A stretch of DNA of 63,774 nucleotides, filler included, from a bacterium (GTDB taxonomy: Bacteria > JAMOTN01): the NCBI GenBank assembly GCA_027062325.1. It is 9 parts of 9 records of this genome, joined end to end, with 100 filler letters (N's around TTAATTAATTAA, not from the genome) between each part and the next. Parts side by side here need not be neighbours in the genome. Positions count along the whole stretch, not along the records: positions 25,519 to 37,818 come from JAMOTN010000011.1; positions 37,919 to 40,350 come from JAMOTN010000013.1; positions 40,451 to 51,697 come from JAMOTN010000015.1; 6 more parts are not named here. One strand, 5' to 3'. Positions 31,327-41,751 of the stretch are shown one piece after another (the first letter of the stretch is position 1; each line of letters opens with the position of its first letter). The notes under the pieces were generated by a model that saw nothing but the letters and a program-made list of their open reading frames with translations, did no database searches and was not told the DNA's origin. The translations under genes and the position numbers were made by a program.

Positions 31327-32406
31327 ATGATGAAAAAAAAGATGCAGAGCTTAGATGTTATAGAGAAAGAAGTTGCTAGTTTTTTCAAAAGGCTAAAACC
31401 ATATCCGAGATTTTACACGGAATCTGATGAAGAGTTAGTGAAGTTGAGTTTAAATCTTTTGAATATTCTAAAATTAGAGTTTGGACTTGCTAATTACTTT
31501 GATACATTTATTACTCCTGATGGATTGCCGTTTGTGTTTGTAACTTCTTTGAAATGGTATATGCCACATCGCGAATACTATCTGCGTTTAACTTCTTCTG
31601 GAACAAGCGGTCAAAAGACTGAAAACTATTGGAATAGGGAGAGCTTATATAGAATTGACTTTGTTGTGAGAAAAACTGCTGAAGAGTTAGGAATGGTTTC
31701 TAGTACTCCAACTGTATATTTTATATTTGGATATGATCCCAAAGAGGTTGGAGATTTGGGCACAGCTTGGAGCGATGAAAATTTAAAGCAATTGGCTCCT
31801 GAGCTTGAGAGCTTCTATTTGATAAGGAATGATAAGCTTTGCTGGGATGAGTTCATATCGGAATTTTACCGAGTTGTAGCTGATGGAGTTCCGGTGAGGC
31901 TTATAGGATTTCCTGCGTTACTTTGGGAGTTTTTAGTGCGTATTGAGTCAGTTAGTTTGAATCCGGAAAGTTTAATTTTAACGGGTGGGGGTTGGAAGAA
32001 AAGAGAGAGTGAGGCGGTCACGGAATTTGAATTTGTGGAGAAATGTAAAGAAAAGCTTGGGGTTGAGAGAGTTAGAATTAGGGATGTTTACGGTTTTACC
32101 GAGCATGGGCTTCCGTACTTCACGTGTGAATATGGTAATCACCATTTGCACGGATACTCTAAGATTTTTGTAAGAGATCTCCAAACTTTAAAAGTTCTTG
32201 ATTATGGACAGCCTGGCCTCATGCACGTTGTATCCCCTTACAACACGACTACTCCAACCCAAAGTGTTTTGAACAATGATCTAGTTGCAGTATATCCAAA
32301 TTGTCCATGTGGGCGCGGCGACTACTTCAAAATATTCGGGAGAGCTGGAAAAGTTAAACTGAAAATGTGTGCTCTCAAGGTTGATGAACTTTTGGAGAAG
32401 AACTAA
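31327..32406 (+). CDS. LuxE-like acyl-protein synthetase
   Basis: LTSSGTSG, LIGFPA, TGGGWK, D.YG.TEH, CPCGR, GRAG...K.CA (C-terminal acyl-acceptor Cys). Confidence 0.85.
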   Translation: MMKKKMQSLDVIEKEVASFFKRLKPYPRFYTESDEELVKLSLNLLNILKLEFGLANYFDTFITPDGLPFVFVTSLKWYMPHREYYLRLTSSGTSGQKTENYWNRESLYRIDFVVRKTAEELGMVSSTPTVYFIFGYDPKEVGDLGTAWSDENLKQLAPELESFYLIRNDKLCWDEFISEFYRVVADGVPVRLIGFPALLWEFLVRIESVSLNPESLILTGGGWKKRESEAVTEFEFVEKCKEKLGVERVRIRDVYGFTEHGLPYFTCEYGNHHLHGYSKIFVRDLQTLKVLDYGQPGLMHVVSPYNTTTPTQSVLNNDLVAVYPNCPCGRGDYFKIFGRAGKVKLKMCALKVDELLEKN

Positions 32407-32512
32407 ATTTTGTGGTTAGTGAAGTGTTCAAATATTCAAGAGAGGTTAATGCATAAGAGGCAAAAGCTGCAAGGGTATTGGGAAATGTGCGAGAAATACC
32501 GGAGGGATAATT

Positions 32513-34954
32513 ATGAAAACAAACTTTCACTGGATATGGGGCAGGATCAAGGAACAGTTTGAGTGGGACGAGTTGCTTTTAAGGAAAGATTGGATAGTTT
32601 CATATCCGCGGGCAAGATTGCTTGATGAGATAAAAATAACATTTTCGCTTTTCAAAAGCAAAGTGGAAGGAAACATTGAATTTTGGAAGAAAGTTACTTC
32701 TTTTAGTGCTCCTATGATAAATGTGGCACTTGATGAATTTGAAAGATGGCTTCAAGCGTTAGAGGAGGATTTGGCAGTTTTGAATTGTGAGTTCGAAAAT
32801 TATTTATGGAAGCCTGCTGGATTGCTATTGCATGTTGGTGCGGGAAATGTGTTTATTGGTGCTTTAATGAGTTTAGTTCAGGGTCTGATCGTGGGGAACA
32901 CCAACATAGTGAAGACGGCGAGTACGGATCCCCACACTTGCTTTGAATTTATTCGCCTTGCAGCTTCTCAAGGATTTGAATTTTCACGTTATGTGACGGT
33001 TTTGAGAGTATCGCGCGATCATCCAGTTCTTGAGTATTTAAAAAAGAATGTTGATTGCATCGCGGTATATGGTTCGGAAAATGCCATAAATTGGTGGAAA
33101 GATGGAACGTTGGCAAAAGTCAGGGATTATGGACCAAAATATGGCTTGGCAATAGTTGAGGAGAGTGTGGATTTAAAAGAAGCTGCCAGAAAGATTGCGT
33201 TAGATGTTAAGATGTGGGATCAGGCCTCGTGCTCAAGTATCCATACCTGCTTTTTTATTGGGAGTAGAAAAAAGCGTGAAGAGTTTGCTAAATTGCTTCT
33301 TGAGGCTATGCTTGAGTTTGAGAAGCGTTTTAATGTTTCTCAACAAGATGATGAATTTGTTGAGGTTTGGAGGGCGAGAAGTGATTGGGTATGGCAGGAA
33401 TTTGGCAATGCTTATTTTTATAATGGTGCGTTTCCAACGGTTTTAACAAGTAATGATTGTGTATTTTTCAAGACTCAAATTTTAAATGGAGTAGTGTGTA
33501 TAGCTGCTTTTAATGAGAGAAAGTTTAGCGAGATTTTAAAAAGTAATACTCATTACTTGCAGACAGTTGTGCTTGCTGTTTCTGATGAAAATAAAGTGAG
33601 GTGGCAGGATAAGATAGCAGGTTTTGGATTGCGTATAAAAGAAGCTGGAACTTCTTGGATGATAGAAAATGCTTCTCCACACGATGGGGCATTTACATTA
33701 CATGAGTTTTCAAAGGCGGTTGAAGTGCCTGAAGTTTTGCTATTTGCTGTGGATAAGTCAGATGATAGATGGCGCAATAAGTGGATGTTGGATAAACTTA
33801 ACGAGCTTTTGTGGCGGGTGAAGGAAAATCCGTGGGTCAGGAATAGGTTAAAGAGTGTGAAGCTTCCTCTTCGCAGTTTAGATGAATTTAAAGAAATTGA
33901 AGTGGCTTCTCCAGAGTTGTTTACGAAGGATTACTCAGATTATGTTAGAGAGGTTGCTCCAAAGTTTTCTAAAAACGGTTCGTTTTATCTGTTCTCCTCT
34001 GGAGGAACTACCTCACTTCCCAAAAAATTCTACTGGACACCTGAGGAATTTGAATATTCAACTTACTTTTTTGCCGAGGGTTTTTTGAGAGCGGGTTTTA
34101 ATCCGGATCGTGATAGAATTGTTGCGAATCTCATGATGCCGGGGGGGTTATGGACAGCATTTTTAGCAGTTAATAGAGCTTTAGAAAAGCTTGGATGTCA
34201 AATTTTACCGATAGGAAGTGCTTTACCAAAGGAAGAGGTTGTCAAATTTTTAAAAGTTTACAAGCCTACGACAATATTTGCGACTCCTACAATGACAGAG
34301 CAACTTGTTGATGATTTGCCGCTTTCTGTGAGGAGAGTATTCTTTGCAGGGGAGAAGATGCCGTCCAATCTTTTGGAAAAATTAAGGGCACGCGGGGTAT
34401 TTGTAGCAAGTTTTGGGTATGCAGCTGTTGATGTTGGGCCAATTGGATTTCAGAACGGAGATATTGATGAATTTAGCGTGTTTTCAGGTTACATTTATGC
34501 GGAAGTTGCAGAGGATGGACAGCTTGTGGTTACAAACTTGAACAGAGTTTTGCAGCCGGTTGTAAGATACAAAGTTGGTGATGTGGTAGAGATACTGGAT
34601 CCGGGCGAAAAGTGGAGTAGTTTACGTTTTCGATTGAAGGGAAGAAGTGGTTTTATAAAAATTGCAGGATCCCTTTATCCATTTTACTACTTTGATGAGG
34701 CTGTAAGAAAAGCAGGAGGTGATGATTGGCAGGTAATTGTGGAAAAAAGTGAAGACAAGTATCTTGTAAAAGTTACGAGCGATGCGGATGAAAGTTTGGT
34801 TAGAAAAAATTTGTTAGAGTTGAGTTTTGATTTAAAGACAGATATAAGTTCTGGATTAGTTGATTTGATCGTTGTAAGGAGGAGTAAATCCAGTTTTGTT
34901 AAGGATTCTAGAACTGGAAAGGTGAAAAGAGTTATTTATAAAAATATAGAGTGA
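32513..34954 (+). CDS. LuxC-like acyl-CoA reductase fused to a PaaK/F390-synthetase-like adenylation domain
   Basis: N-half: PAG..LHV.AGNV, GN.NIVK, YGPK, WDQASCSS (catalytic Cys), PHDG. C-half: FSSGGTT..PK, FAGE, YAAVD.GPIG, LVVTNL.R...PVVRYKVGD, L.GR. Confidence 0.85.
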   Translation: MKTNFHWIWGRIKEQFEWDELLLRKDWIVSYPRARLLDEIKITFSLFKSKVEGNIEFWKKVTSFSAPMINVALDEFERWLQALEEDLAVLNCEFENYLWKPAGLLLHVGAGNVFIGALMSLVQGLIVGNTNIVKTASTDPHTCFEFIRLAASQGFEFSRYVTVLRVSRDHPVLEYLKKNVDCIAVYGSENAINWWKDGTLAKVRDYGPKYGLAIVEESVDLKEAARKIALDVKMWDQASCSSIHTCFFIGSRKKREEFAKLLLEAMLEFEKRFNVSQQDDEFVEVWRARSDWVWQEFGNAYFYNGAFPTVLTSNDCVFFKTQILNGVVCIAAFNERKFSEILKSNTHYLQTVVLAVSDENKVRWQDKIAGFGLRIKEAGTSWMIENASPHDGAFTLHEFSKAVEVPEVLLFAVDKSDDRWRNKWMLDKLNELLWRVKENPWVRNRLKSVKLPLRSLDEFKEIEVASPELFTKDYSDYVREVAPKFSKNGSFYLFSSGGTTSLPKKFYWTPEEFEYSTYFFAEGFLRAGFNPDRDRIVANLMMPGGLWTAFLAVNRALEKLGCQILPIGSALPKEEVVKFLKVYKPTTIFATPTMTEQLVDDLPLSVRRVFFAGEKMPSNLLEKLRARGVFVASFGYAAVDVGPIGFQNGDIDEFSVFSGYIYAEVAEDGQLVVTNLNRVLQPVVRYKVGDVVEILDPGEKWSSLRFRLKGRSGFIKIAGSLYPFYYFDEAVRKAGGDDWQVIVEKSEDKYLVKVTSDADESLVRKNLLELSFDLKTDISSGLVDLIVVRRSKSSFVKDSRTGKVKRVIYKNIE

Positions 34955-34974
34955 ATAAAGTTTTTGATTAAAAA

Positions 34975-35109
34975 TTGAGCAAGTTTTGAGCAAAGATATT
35001 GTGCGTTAGTACGGTTAATCTCTTGCCTTATGTCTTGTTTGGTTTTTATTATGAAAAAAATCTTTAGTTTTAGTAAAAGAACAACTAATTATGCATAATG
35101 TTAAGGAGG
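34975..35109 (+). promoter_or_regulatory. Candidate regulatory region: TTGAGCAA direct repeat, ATTATGCATAAT palindrome and RBS
   Basis: TTGAGCAA at 34975 and 34986; perfect 12-bp palindrome at 35088-35099; AAGGAGG at 35103-35109. Confidence 0.4.
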
Positions 35110-35116
35110 GATTTTT

Positions 35117-36475
35117 ATGAAAAAGGTAGTTGTTATTGGTGGCGGACCTGCTGGTATAAGGTTTTCACGTCAAATTAAGGTTGCTTTGAAAGATAAGGTT
35201 GACGTTACCATGTTTATGCCAGAAAAAAACAGTGCGATATATTGTGCAATTCCCTATGCAATTGAAGGTTTGATTGAGCCTGAGAAAGTGGCAAAGTCTG
35301 ATAGCTTAGTTACGGAAGTTGGAGTTAATCTGCATCACAAAAAGGTGACAAGTGTAGACTTTGGAAACAGGAAAGTTTACGATGATGAGGGGAAGGCTTA
35401 TGAATACGATGAGCTCTTTATAGCAACAGGTAGTATTAATTTTGTGCCACCTATAGAAGGAGTAGATTTAGCAAATGTTATGACGGTGAAGTTTATAGAA
35501 GATATGGAAAAGATTTTGGAACGCATAGAGAATGGGGCTAAGAAGGCAGTGGTTGTTGGAGCGGGAGCTATTGGTAATGAGCTTGCAACTGCATTTGTAA
35601 GAAGAGGACTTGAAACTTACCTTGTTGAGATGAAGGACAGAGTTTTGCCGAACATGGTTGATTCTGATTTTGCAGATGATTTGAATGAGGAACATATTAA
35701 GAATGGTGTTAAGCTTTTATTGGAAGCTAAATTGGAAAGATTAGAGGGGAATAAGTGGGCAGAGAAGGTTTACATAAGGCTTAAAGATGGCTCAGAAAAA
35801 GTTATAGAGCTTTCAGAAGTTGACTTTGTTGTATTTGCAGTTGGAGTAAGGGCAAACGTAGAACTCTTTAAAGATTCTCCACTTATGATAGGAAGAGATG
35901 GAATAATTGTTGATTCAAGGATGAGAACCAATTTACCTGGAGTATGGGCAGCAGGAGATGTGTGCCAATATTACTCTTTAATAGATGGAGCACCTTTGGG
36001 AGGAAAACTTGCAACTAATGCTGTTCCGATGGCAAAAGTTGCTGCATTTAACTTCCTTGGAGTTCATGAGATAACTTACAAAGGTTTCTTAAATGCAGCA
36101 GCTAGCGTTGTTTATGAGACACGTGTTGCAGCAGTTGGATTTACTGAAGAAGTTGCTAAGATGAGAGGATATGATCCAGTGAGTGCAGTTGGGGAGGGAC
36201 ACACCAAGTTTCCAATTATGCCTGGAGTTCAAAAGGTAAAAGTAAAGCTTATTGCAGATAGGAATACCAAGCGCATAATTGGAGCTCAGTTTAAAGGACC
36301 TTATGCGATTGCAGAGTGGAATAACACTATGAGTGTATTTATACAAAACAAAGGAACAATATATGATGTATTTGACTTTAACTATACGGCTCAGCCACAT
36401 CAGTCTGATTTTCCCGGAGTGGGTTGGCTTTCAGATACAGCAGCTCAGCTTATAAAGAAATTGCGCGCTAAGTAG
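35117..36475 (+). CDS. FAD-dependent pyridine nucleotide-disulfide oxidoreductase (NADH oxidase / CoA-disulfide reductase family)
   Basis: GGGPAG, YCAIPY (single redox Cys), ATGS, GAGAIG.E, AAGD, C-terminal dimerisation domain. Confidence 0.9.
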   Translation: MKKVVVIGGGPAGIRFSRQIKVALKDKVDVTMFMPEKNSAIYCAIPYAIEGLIEPEKVAKSDSLVTEVGVNLHHKKVTSVDFGNRKVYDDEGKAYEYDELFIATGSINFVPPIEGVDLANVMTVKFIEDMEKILERIENGAKKAVVVGAGAIGNELATAFVRRGLETYLVEMKDRVLPNMVDSDFADDLNEEHIKNGVKLLLEAKLERLEGNKWAEKVYIRLKDGSEKVIELSEVDFVVFAVGVRANVELFKDSPLMIGRDGIIVDSRMRTNLPGVWAAGDVCQYYSLIDGAPLGGKLATNAVPMAKVAAFNFLGVHEITYKGFLNAAASVVYETRVAAVGFTEEVAKMRGYDPVSAVGEGHTKFPIMPGVQKVKVKLIADRNTKRIIGAQFKGPYAIAEWNNTMSVFIQNKGTIYDVFDFNYTAQPHQSDFPGVGWLSDTAAQLIKKLRAK

Positions 36476-36532
36476 AAATGGTTAGTGTGGTTGAGAGGTA
36501 GGAGTGTATGAGTCAGGTTGATGATGGTGAGG

Positions 36533-36559
36533 GGGCGGCGAGTAAAGAGCCGCCCTTTT
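36533..36559 (+). terminator. Rho-independent terminator after the oxidoreductase gene
   Basis: GGGCGGC-9 nt loop-GCCGCCC followed by TTTT. Confidence 0.65.
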
Positions 36560-36604
36560 GTATAGTAGCTTTAATTTATCTATATGCGGAGGGGGATGGA
36601 GAAT

Positions 36605-37818
36605 ATGAGAAAATGGATTCTCATGATAATTGGATGGGTGTGGGTACTTGAAACATTTTCAGCTAGTTCAGTAGAGGAAAAGTTGATGCAGTTGAAGCGG
36701 GTTAAAGCTATGTTGCATGCTAATTTGACACATAAAGAAAGGATTATCTTGGAAAAGATAAGGGGATCGGATGAGGTAAAAGTAAGAGATTCTTCTGAGG
36801 TGCGGAAGAGTTGTAGTAAAAATGACTCATTTAATAAGTCTGAAAAAAATCTTTCTATCCATAAGAAAGAAACTTTAAATGTTTCAAATTTTAAAAATTT
36901 ATTAAATGAACTTTACGCTTCCAATCTTTTAATCCAAGCTTCAAAAAGATGGGTGAAAGCAGGAAAGTATGTAGCAGAAAAAGCACGAGCTTTAGAGTAT
37001 CCGTTTATAAATTTTGAAATTCAATGGCAGCGCACTGATATAGTTCCACAAACTATGGGATTTAAGATGATGCAGGGAAATACTCCGCAGTCTATTTCGC
37101 AAATGCCAATGATGTTTAAGAAAAGCCCCTATTCAGATTTATCCTCTGCGATTGGTGTGTGGTTTTTAATTACCCAGTTTGGTAGAAAACATTACATGAA
37201 GATGATGGGACAGCATGAGTATGAGGCTAGGAAATATGATGCTCAGGATATTAAAGCACAAGCTATTTTGAAACTTGTGGAAGCCTACTTGGGAGCACTT
37301 CTTGCTAAAAAATATATAGGACTTTCTGAAAAGTATTTGAAAAATGCGAGAGAACATGAAAGAATTGCTGAGAATGCTTATAAACAAGGAATGGTTGTAA
37401 AATCTGATGTACTGCGTGCAAAAGTGTATGTGGCGACGGCAAAAGAGAAGTTGAATTTTTCGCGTAACAGTTTGAGAACGGTGTGTTATGCCATTTCAAT
37501 GCTTCTTAACAAGAATGATGAGGGAGTGTGTTTTGTTATAAAGAAAAATCTCAGAGAGCTTAAATCTGCGAAGCTAGAAGACGTGTTTAAGTATTTCAAA
37601 TTGAAGTATGAAAGTTTAGATGTTTCAAATAATCCCTCTTTAGTTGCTTTAAAAATGCGCCTTAATGCTTTGAAAAATCAATATAAAGAGATCAAATCTC
37701 GCAAAAGACCTCAGATTTACTTTGCAGGACAGCAGAGATGGGATGATTACGATTCGTTGGACGGAGAGGATTCTTGGTACGTTTCAATAGGGGCAAAATT
37801 TGATCTTTTTAAAGGTGG
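36605..37818 (+). CDS. TolC-family outer-membrane efflux protein, 3'-truncated
   Basis: Signal peptide; ARA..YP.I, V.EAY...L, Y.QG....SDVLRAKV, NP.L; W.V.IG.KFDLF.G at the break. Confidence 0.85.
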
Positions 37819-37977
37819 NNNNNNNNNNNNNNNNNNNNNNNNNNNNNNNNNNNNNNNNNNNNTTAATTAATTAANNNNNNNNNNNNNNNNNNNNNNNNNN
37901 NNNNNNNNNNNNNNNNNNCTCTTCCATCTCTTCATTCTCCACCTTATCCAAGCATGGCACAAAAATCCCCCCACAAT

Positions 37978-39288
37978 TTATCTACACTCACTCTTTTTAG
38001 ATTCCCAAACAATCTCTCCATGCATCCACCTTTTACCGTATTCACCAATTCCATAAATTTTAGCAACAACAAACTCTCCAACTTTAGAAACCTTTTCTTT
38101 TAATTTTAGCGCTATGTAGTTACTAAGTATCACCCAATCGGTGGCTACAACCAATCCCATGAAACTTTTTCCCACTAAACTCTTTTTGTAAGACTCTAAT
38201 TTTTTCTCCCTCAACTCCACTATTCTTCTCATGCGTTCTTTAACCACCCTATCAGGCACCACCGGTTTCAAAGTAGCTGCCTTTGTTCTCTCACGCGGCG
38301 AGTACCTGAATGGATGAAAATCGGAAAGTGGCATCCTTTCAATATCAGAAATCAACTTCTCAAAATCCTCATCAGTTTCTGTCGGAAAACCAACTATAAA
38401 ATCTGCAGATAAAAAAATATCAGCAAATTTCTCACGTAGTTCATTCAAAAGCTCTAACTCCCTTGACAGTTCAGGTCTATTCATATCCCTCAAAACCTTA
38501 GGAGAAGTGTGCTGGAAAGCAAGGTGTACGTGCTTTGCCACCATTTTCTCTTCTAAAATTTCAAACAACCAGTCTTCCTGCTTCAAATCAAATGGCTCAA
38601 ACGAAGATAACCTCACAAAAAATCCCAATTTAATCAAAGTTTTTACTAAATCAATTAATTTTTTCTCTCCATCTTGCCAACTCACCAATCTAGTTCCAGA
38701 AAGAATTAACTCTTTTACCCCGTTTTTACCATACCACTCAGCCAACCTCATCAAACTCTCAAAACTAGCGCTACGTTCCTTACCTCTTGCAAACGGAATG
38801 TAACAGTAAGTGCACCGCCTATTACAACCAAGTTGAATGATAAAAGGCATTCTAACCGGAAGCTCAGCAGAAAGTTTTAATGGTTGCGATACACTCAAAT
38901 TCCAAAACAACTCCCCAACTTCTCTAGAATAGATAACCTTTTTTTCAAACTCCATACCTTCTAAAAGTTCTCCTTCCGAAACACAACCTGTCAAAACTAC
39001 CAAATCTGCTCTACTTAACGCTTTTCTTAAAGTCCTTCTCACATCCGACATAGCCCTCTTAGTAACAGCACACGAAAATACAAATGCAACTGTCTCCTTT
39101 TCTCTCTCATTATCAATATCTTTTGCTTCATTTTCTTCAAGATTCTCCATACCAAAGCCATCTAGAACTACTTTCAAAATCTGCCAAGCTGCCCAATTTA
39201 TCTTACATCCTGTCGAAAATATAAGATAATGAGTGTAACCTCTTTCTCGAATTAAAGCAAAGATATCGTTCAATCCAAATTTCTTCAC
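37978..39288 (-). CDS. mtaB: MtaB/MiaB-family radical SAM methylthiotransferase
   Basis: GCKIN, SCAVT, TGC; CNRRCTYC; RLSS.EP; DFIVGFP.ET; F.YSPR..T.A. Confidence 0.85.
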   Translation of the reverse strand: MKKFGLNDIFALIRERGYTHYLIFSTGCKINWAAWQILKVVLDGFGMENLEENEAKDIDNEREKETVAFVFSCAVTKRAMSDVRRTLRKALSRADLVVLTGCVSEGELLEGMEFEKKVIYSREVGELFWNLSVSQPLKLSAELPVRMPFIIQLGCNRRCTYCYIPFARGKERSASFESLMRLAEWYGKNGVKELILSGTRLVSWQDGEKKLIDLVKTLIKLGFFVRLSSFEPFDLKQEDWLFEILEEKMVAKHVHLAFQHTSPKVLRDMNRPELSRELELLNELREKFADIFLSADFIVGFPTETDEDFEKLISDIERMPLSDFHPFRYSPRERTKAATLKPVVPDRVVKERMRRIVELREKKLESYKKSLVGKSFMGLVVATDWVILSNYIALKLKEKVSKVGEFVVAKIYGIGEYGKRWMHGEIVWESKKSECR

Positions 39289-39299
39289 TTACTTCACTC

Positions 39300-40350
39300 C
39301 TACACAAGAATTGTAATTTGAACAACCCCTATAACTAAACCAAGTGGTATCCCCAACAAAACTGCAACTTCTAACTCTTTTTCTACAGTCTCCATAACCA
39401 ACTCCTCCAAACGCTGTTCATCAAATCTTTCAATTTTTTCCCTTACTACCAGTTCTATTTTGTCCCTCAATTTATCTACAACCTCTGCTTGACTTATGAA
39501 ATTTAAGATCAATCTTTTCCCTTCATCGTTTCTTAAAAATTTAACACCCTTATCTAAAACCTTATCCATAAGTGAATCAACAGCAGCCTCTATTTTTTTC
39601 CACAGCTCATCATTATCTAAAAAATTCACAACGTAAGAATTGAACCTTTTCTTATCCGCCAGAAGAAGATCAATATAATACTCTGCATACCCCTTCATCT
39701 TTTCAAGCAAAACCTCATACCAGAGCTCGTAAAATCTCTCCTTCATCCACACCTGATCATCAAGCCTCTCAAAAACCAAGCGCGTAAAGAGTTTGCTCAT
39801 CTCCTCTGCAATTTTTCCCCTTTGCTCATACAACTTCTCCGAAAACTTTTTCCCTATACTTATCACCGTATCACCGCTAACTACATAATCAATAACTTTA
39901 TTAACTAGTAAATTTTTATTTTTTGTTAAAGACTCATATATTACCTTTTGATTCTCCCTTTTCTTCAAATATTTTAAAATTTCCTCACTTATACTATCTA
40001 AAAACTCATCATTAGTTAATGCATCCCTTATTTTATTCTCCATAGAAAACATATTCCAAACTTCCATTCCTAAAATTTTTATAACATCAGAAAGAATCCC
40101 CTCTTCTAAAACTCGATCCATTATTTTGTCACGTAAAGAGGTATAATCTAACCTTTTCATCAGATTCTTCAAACTTTTCTTGAATAAATTTTTAAACTCT
40201 CCCTCAAACTCCATAAGGAACTCCGCCACTTTCTCAAAATTCTCCCACTCGAACGAAGAGCAAACTAGGTCTCTCAAATGCTCTTTCAACTTTTCAGAAC
40301 GTAATATCTTAATAATTAACCTTTCCAACTGATCTTTCTCAACTTGGGTC
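39300..40350 (-). CDS. DUF445-family membrane protein, C-terminal part
   Basis: Helical repeats ending LEELV......EL....LLG..LGLVIGVVQ; the contig break is just upstream. Confidence 0.7.
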
Positions 40351-40450
40351 NNNNNNNNNNNNNNNNNNNNNNNNNNNNNNNNNNNNNNNNNNNNTTAATT
40401 AATTAANNNNNNNNNNNNNNNNNNNNNNNNNNNNNNNNNNNNNNNNNNNN

Positions 40451-41158
40451 AGGTAACGCATCTACTAAGGCTTTCAAGGTATAGACAACTGTCTTTGTTT
40501 TTCCTGTTCCAAATGGTCCGTGAACTAGCAGAATACGTGGGCAAGAACCTGCATAAAATTCAACTGCTTTTTTCACAACTTTTCGCTGAGAAGGATTTAA
40601 ATCATTTAAAAATGAGCGGTTAAGCTCTACTACTCCACACCCTACATCTTCAACTACAGCAACATTCTCTTTCTTCCCTAACAAAATATCTTCAAGAAAA
40701 TAAGAGCTACTGAAAAACCTTTCTAGAGCACTTAACATTCTTTTGAAGGTAACATCGTTAGAGTACAAATCAACGCGCCATTTCTTTGCCCTGACACTTC
40801 GAATATCTTGAGAAAAAACAATCTGTAGAAAACGCTTCCCCTTTTTAATACACGTCCCCTCTATTCCAAATCGTAAAGGATCCTTACCTATTGGTGTAAC
40901 AAGCACCACATCAGAAGGAGATATGTCAGTTTTAAATTCATACGGCAAACCAAACTGGAAGACGTATTCTCCATAAAAGTTCTTTCCCATATACTTAGCA
41001 TTCATATCAAGTAAAGTTTTCCCAATTTTTTGGCGAAATTTAGGAGGGAATTTCCTTATCTCATACTCACTCTGAATTCTTTGCTCTTCCATTTCAAACC
41101 TAACCAATCGTGAAAAATAATCAACATATTCTTTTTTATCACTAAAGCTCTCTTTCAT
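40451..41158 (-). CDS. SF1B helicase (IGHMBP2/Upf1/Dna2-like), N-terminal part; continues at 57749
   Basis: RVDLYSNDVTFKRM..AL, LNPSQ, HGPFGTGKT. Confidence 0.9.
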
Positions 41159-41239
41159 CCTCACACACCCCGCAATTGGAAAGAATAGAAACAAAAATCA
41201 GAAACAGATTATAATAAAGCAAGTTCTCTCAAAAAGAAT

Positions 41240-41734
41240 TTAAAGTTCCCCATACCAACTCTTCAAATCCTTGCGCCACTCACATGCTTTTTTAAGATAA
41301 CACTCTGGACACAATCCCGTTTTTACATATACCTCATAAGCTCCAAAATCTTCCCGCAACAACCCAATTGGAATTGTCTTCATGCACTTTTCACACATAA
41401 CTAGCTTCATATCCAATTCGTTTAAGAAAGGCACATCTAACTCTGAAAGTTTACGAACAATCTCTACAAATTCATCGTGAGTCAACACTTCTTTATTTCT
41501 AATGGAATCAAGTAATCTTTTTACTTTGTGTTCAACCATCAAAGCTCTTACCCAATTGAAAGCTCCCACTAACAAAGTTGCCGCCACCAAAAACGGTATC
41601 AATCTGACAATCGCAGTTATCAAAAACACCCCTAGAAAAACAGAAAGAACCACTCCCACTGTTGCAACTGCCACAACTGACAAAAACAGAAAACCAATAA
41701 ATCTAAGTATTGGGTGAACTCCTCTTCCATTCAC
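41240..41734 (-). CDS. Two-TM membrane protein with a C-terminal C4 zinc-binding motif
   Basis: Two hydrophobic segments; CEKC...TGLCPEC. Confidence 0.6.
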   Translation of the reverse strand: MNGRGVHPILRFIGFLFLSVVAVATVGVVLSVFLGVFLITAIVRLIPFLVAATLLVGAFNWVRALMVEHKVKRLLDSIRNKEVLTHDEFVEIVRKLSELDVPFLNELDMKLVMCEKCMKTIPIGLLREDFGAYEVYVKTGLCPECYLKKACEWRKDLKSWYGEL

Positions 41735-41751
41735 CTTACATCACCCTGTTT

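Noticed and set aside
31327-34954. Bioluminescence operon
   Set aside because: No luxA, luxB or luxD on the contig, and the LuxC homologue is a fusion unlike that of luminous bacteria.
36508-36651. 47-codon ORF with an AGGAG SD running through the terminator into tolC (possible leader peptide)
   Set aside because: No regulatory codon run or antiterminator structure found; G-rich strands give SD-like words by chance.
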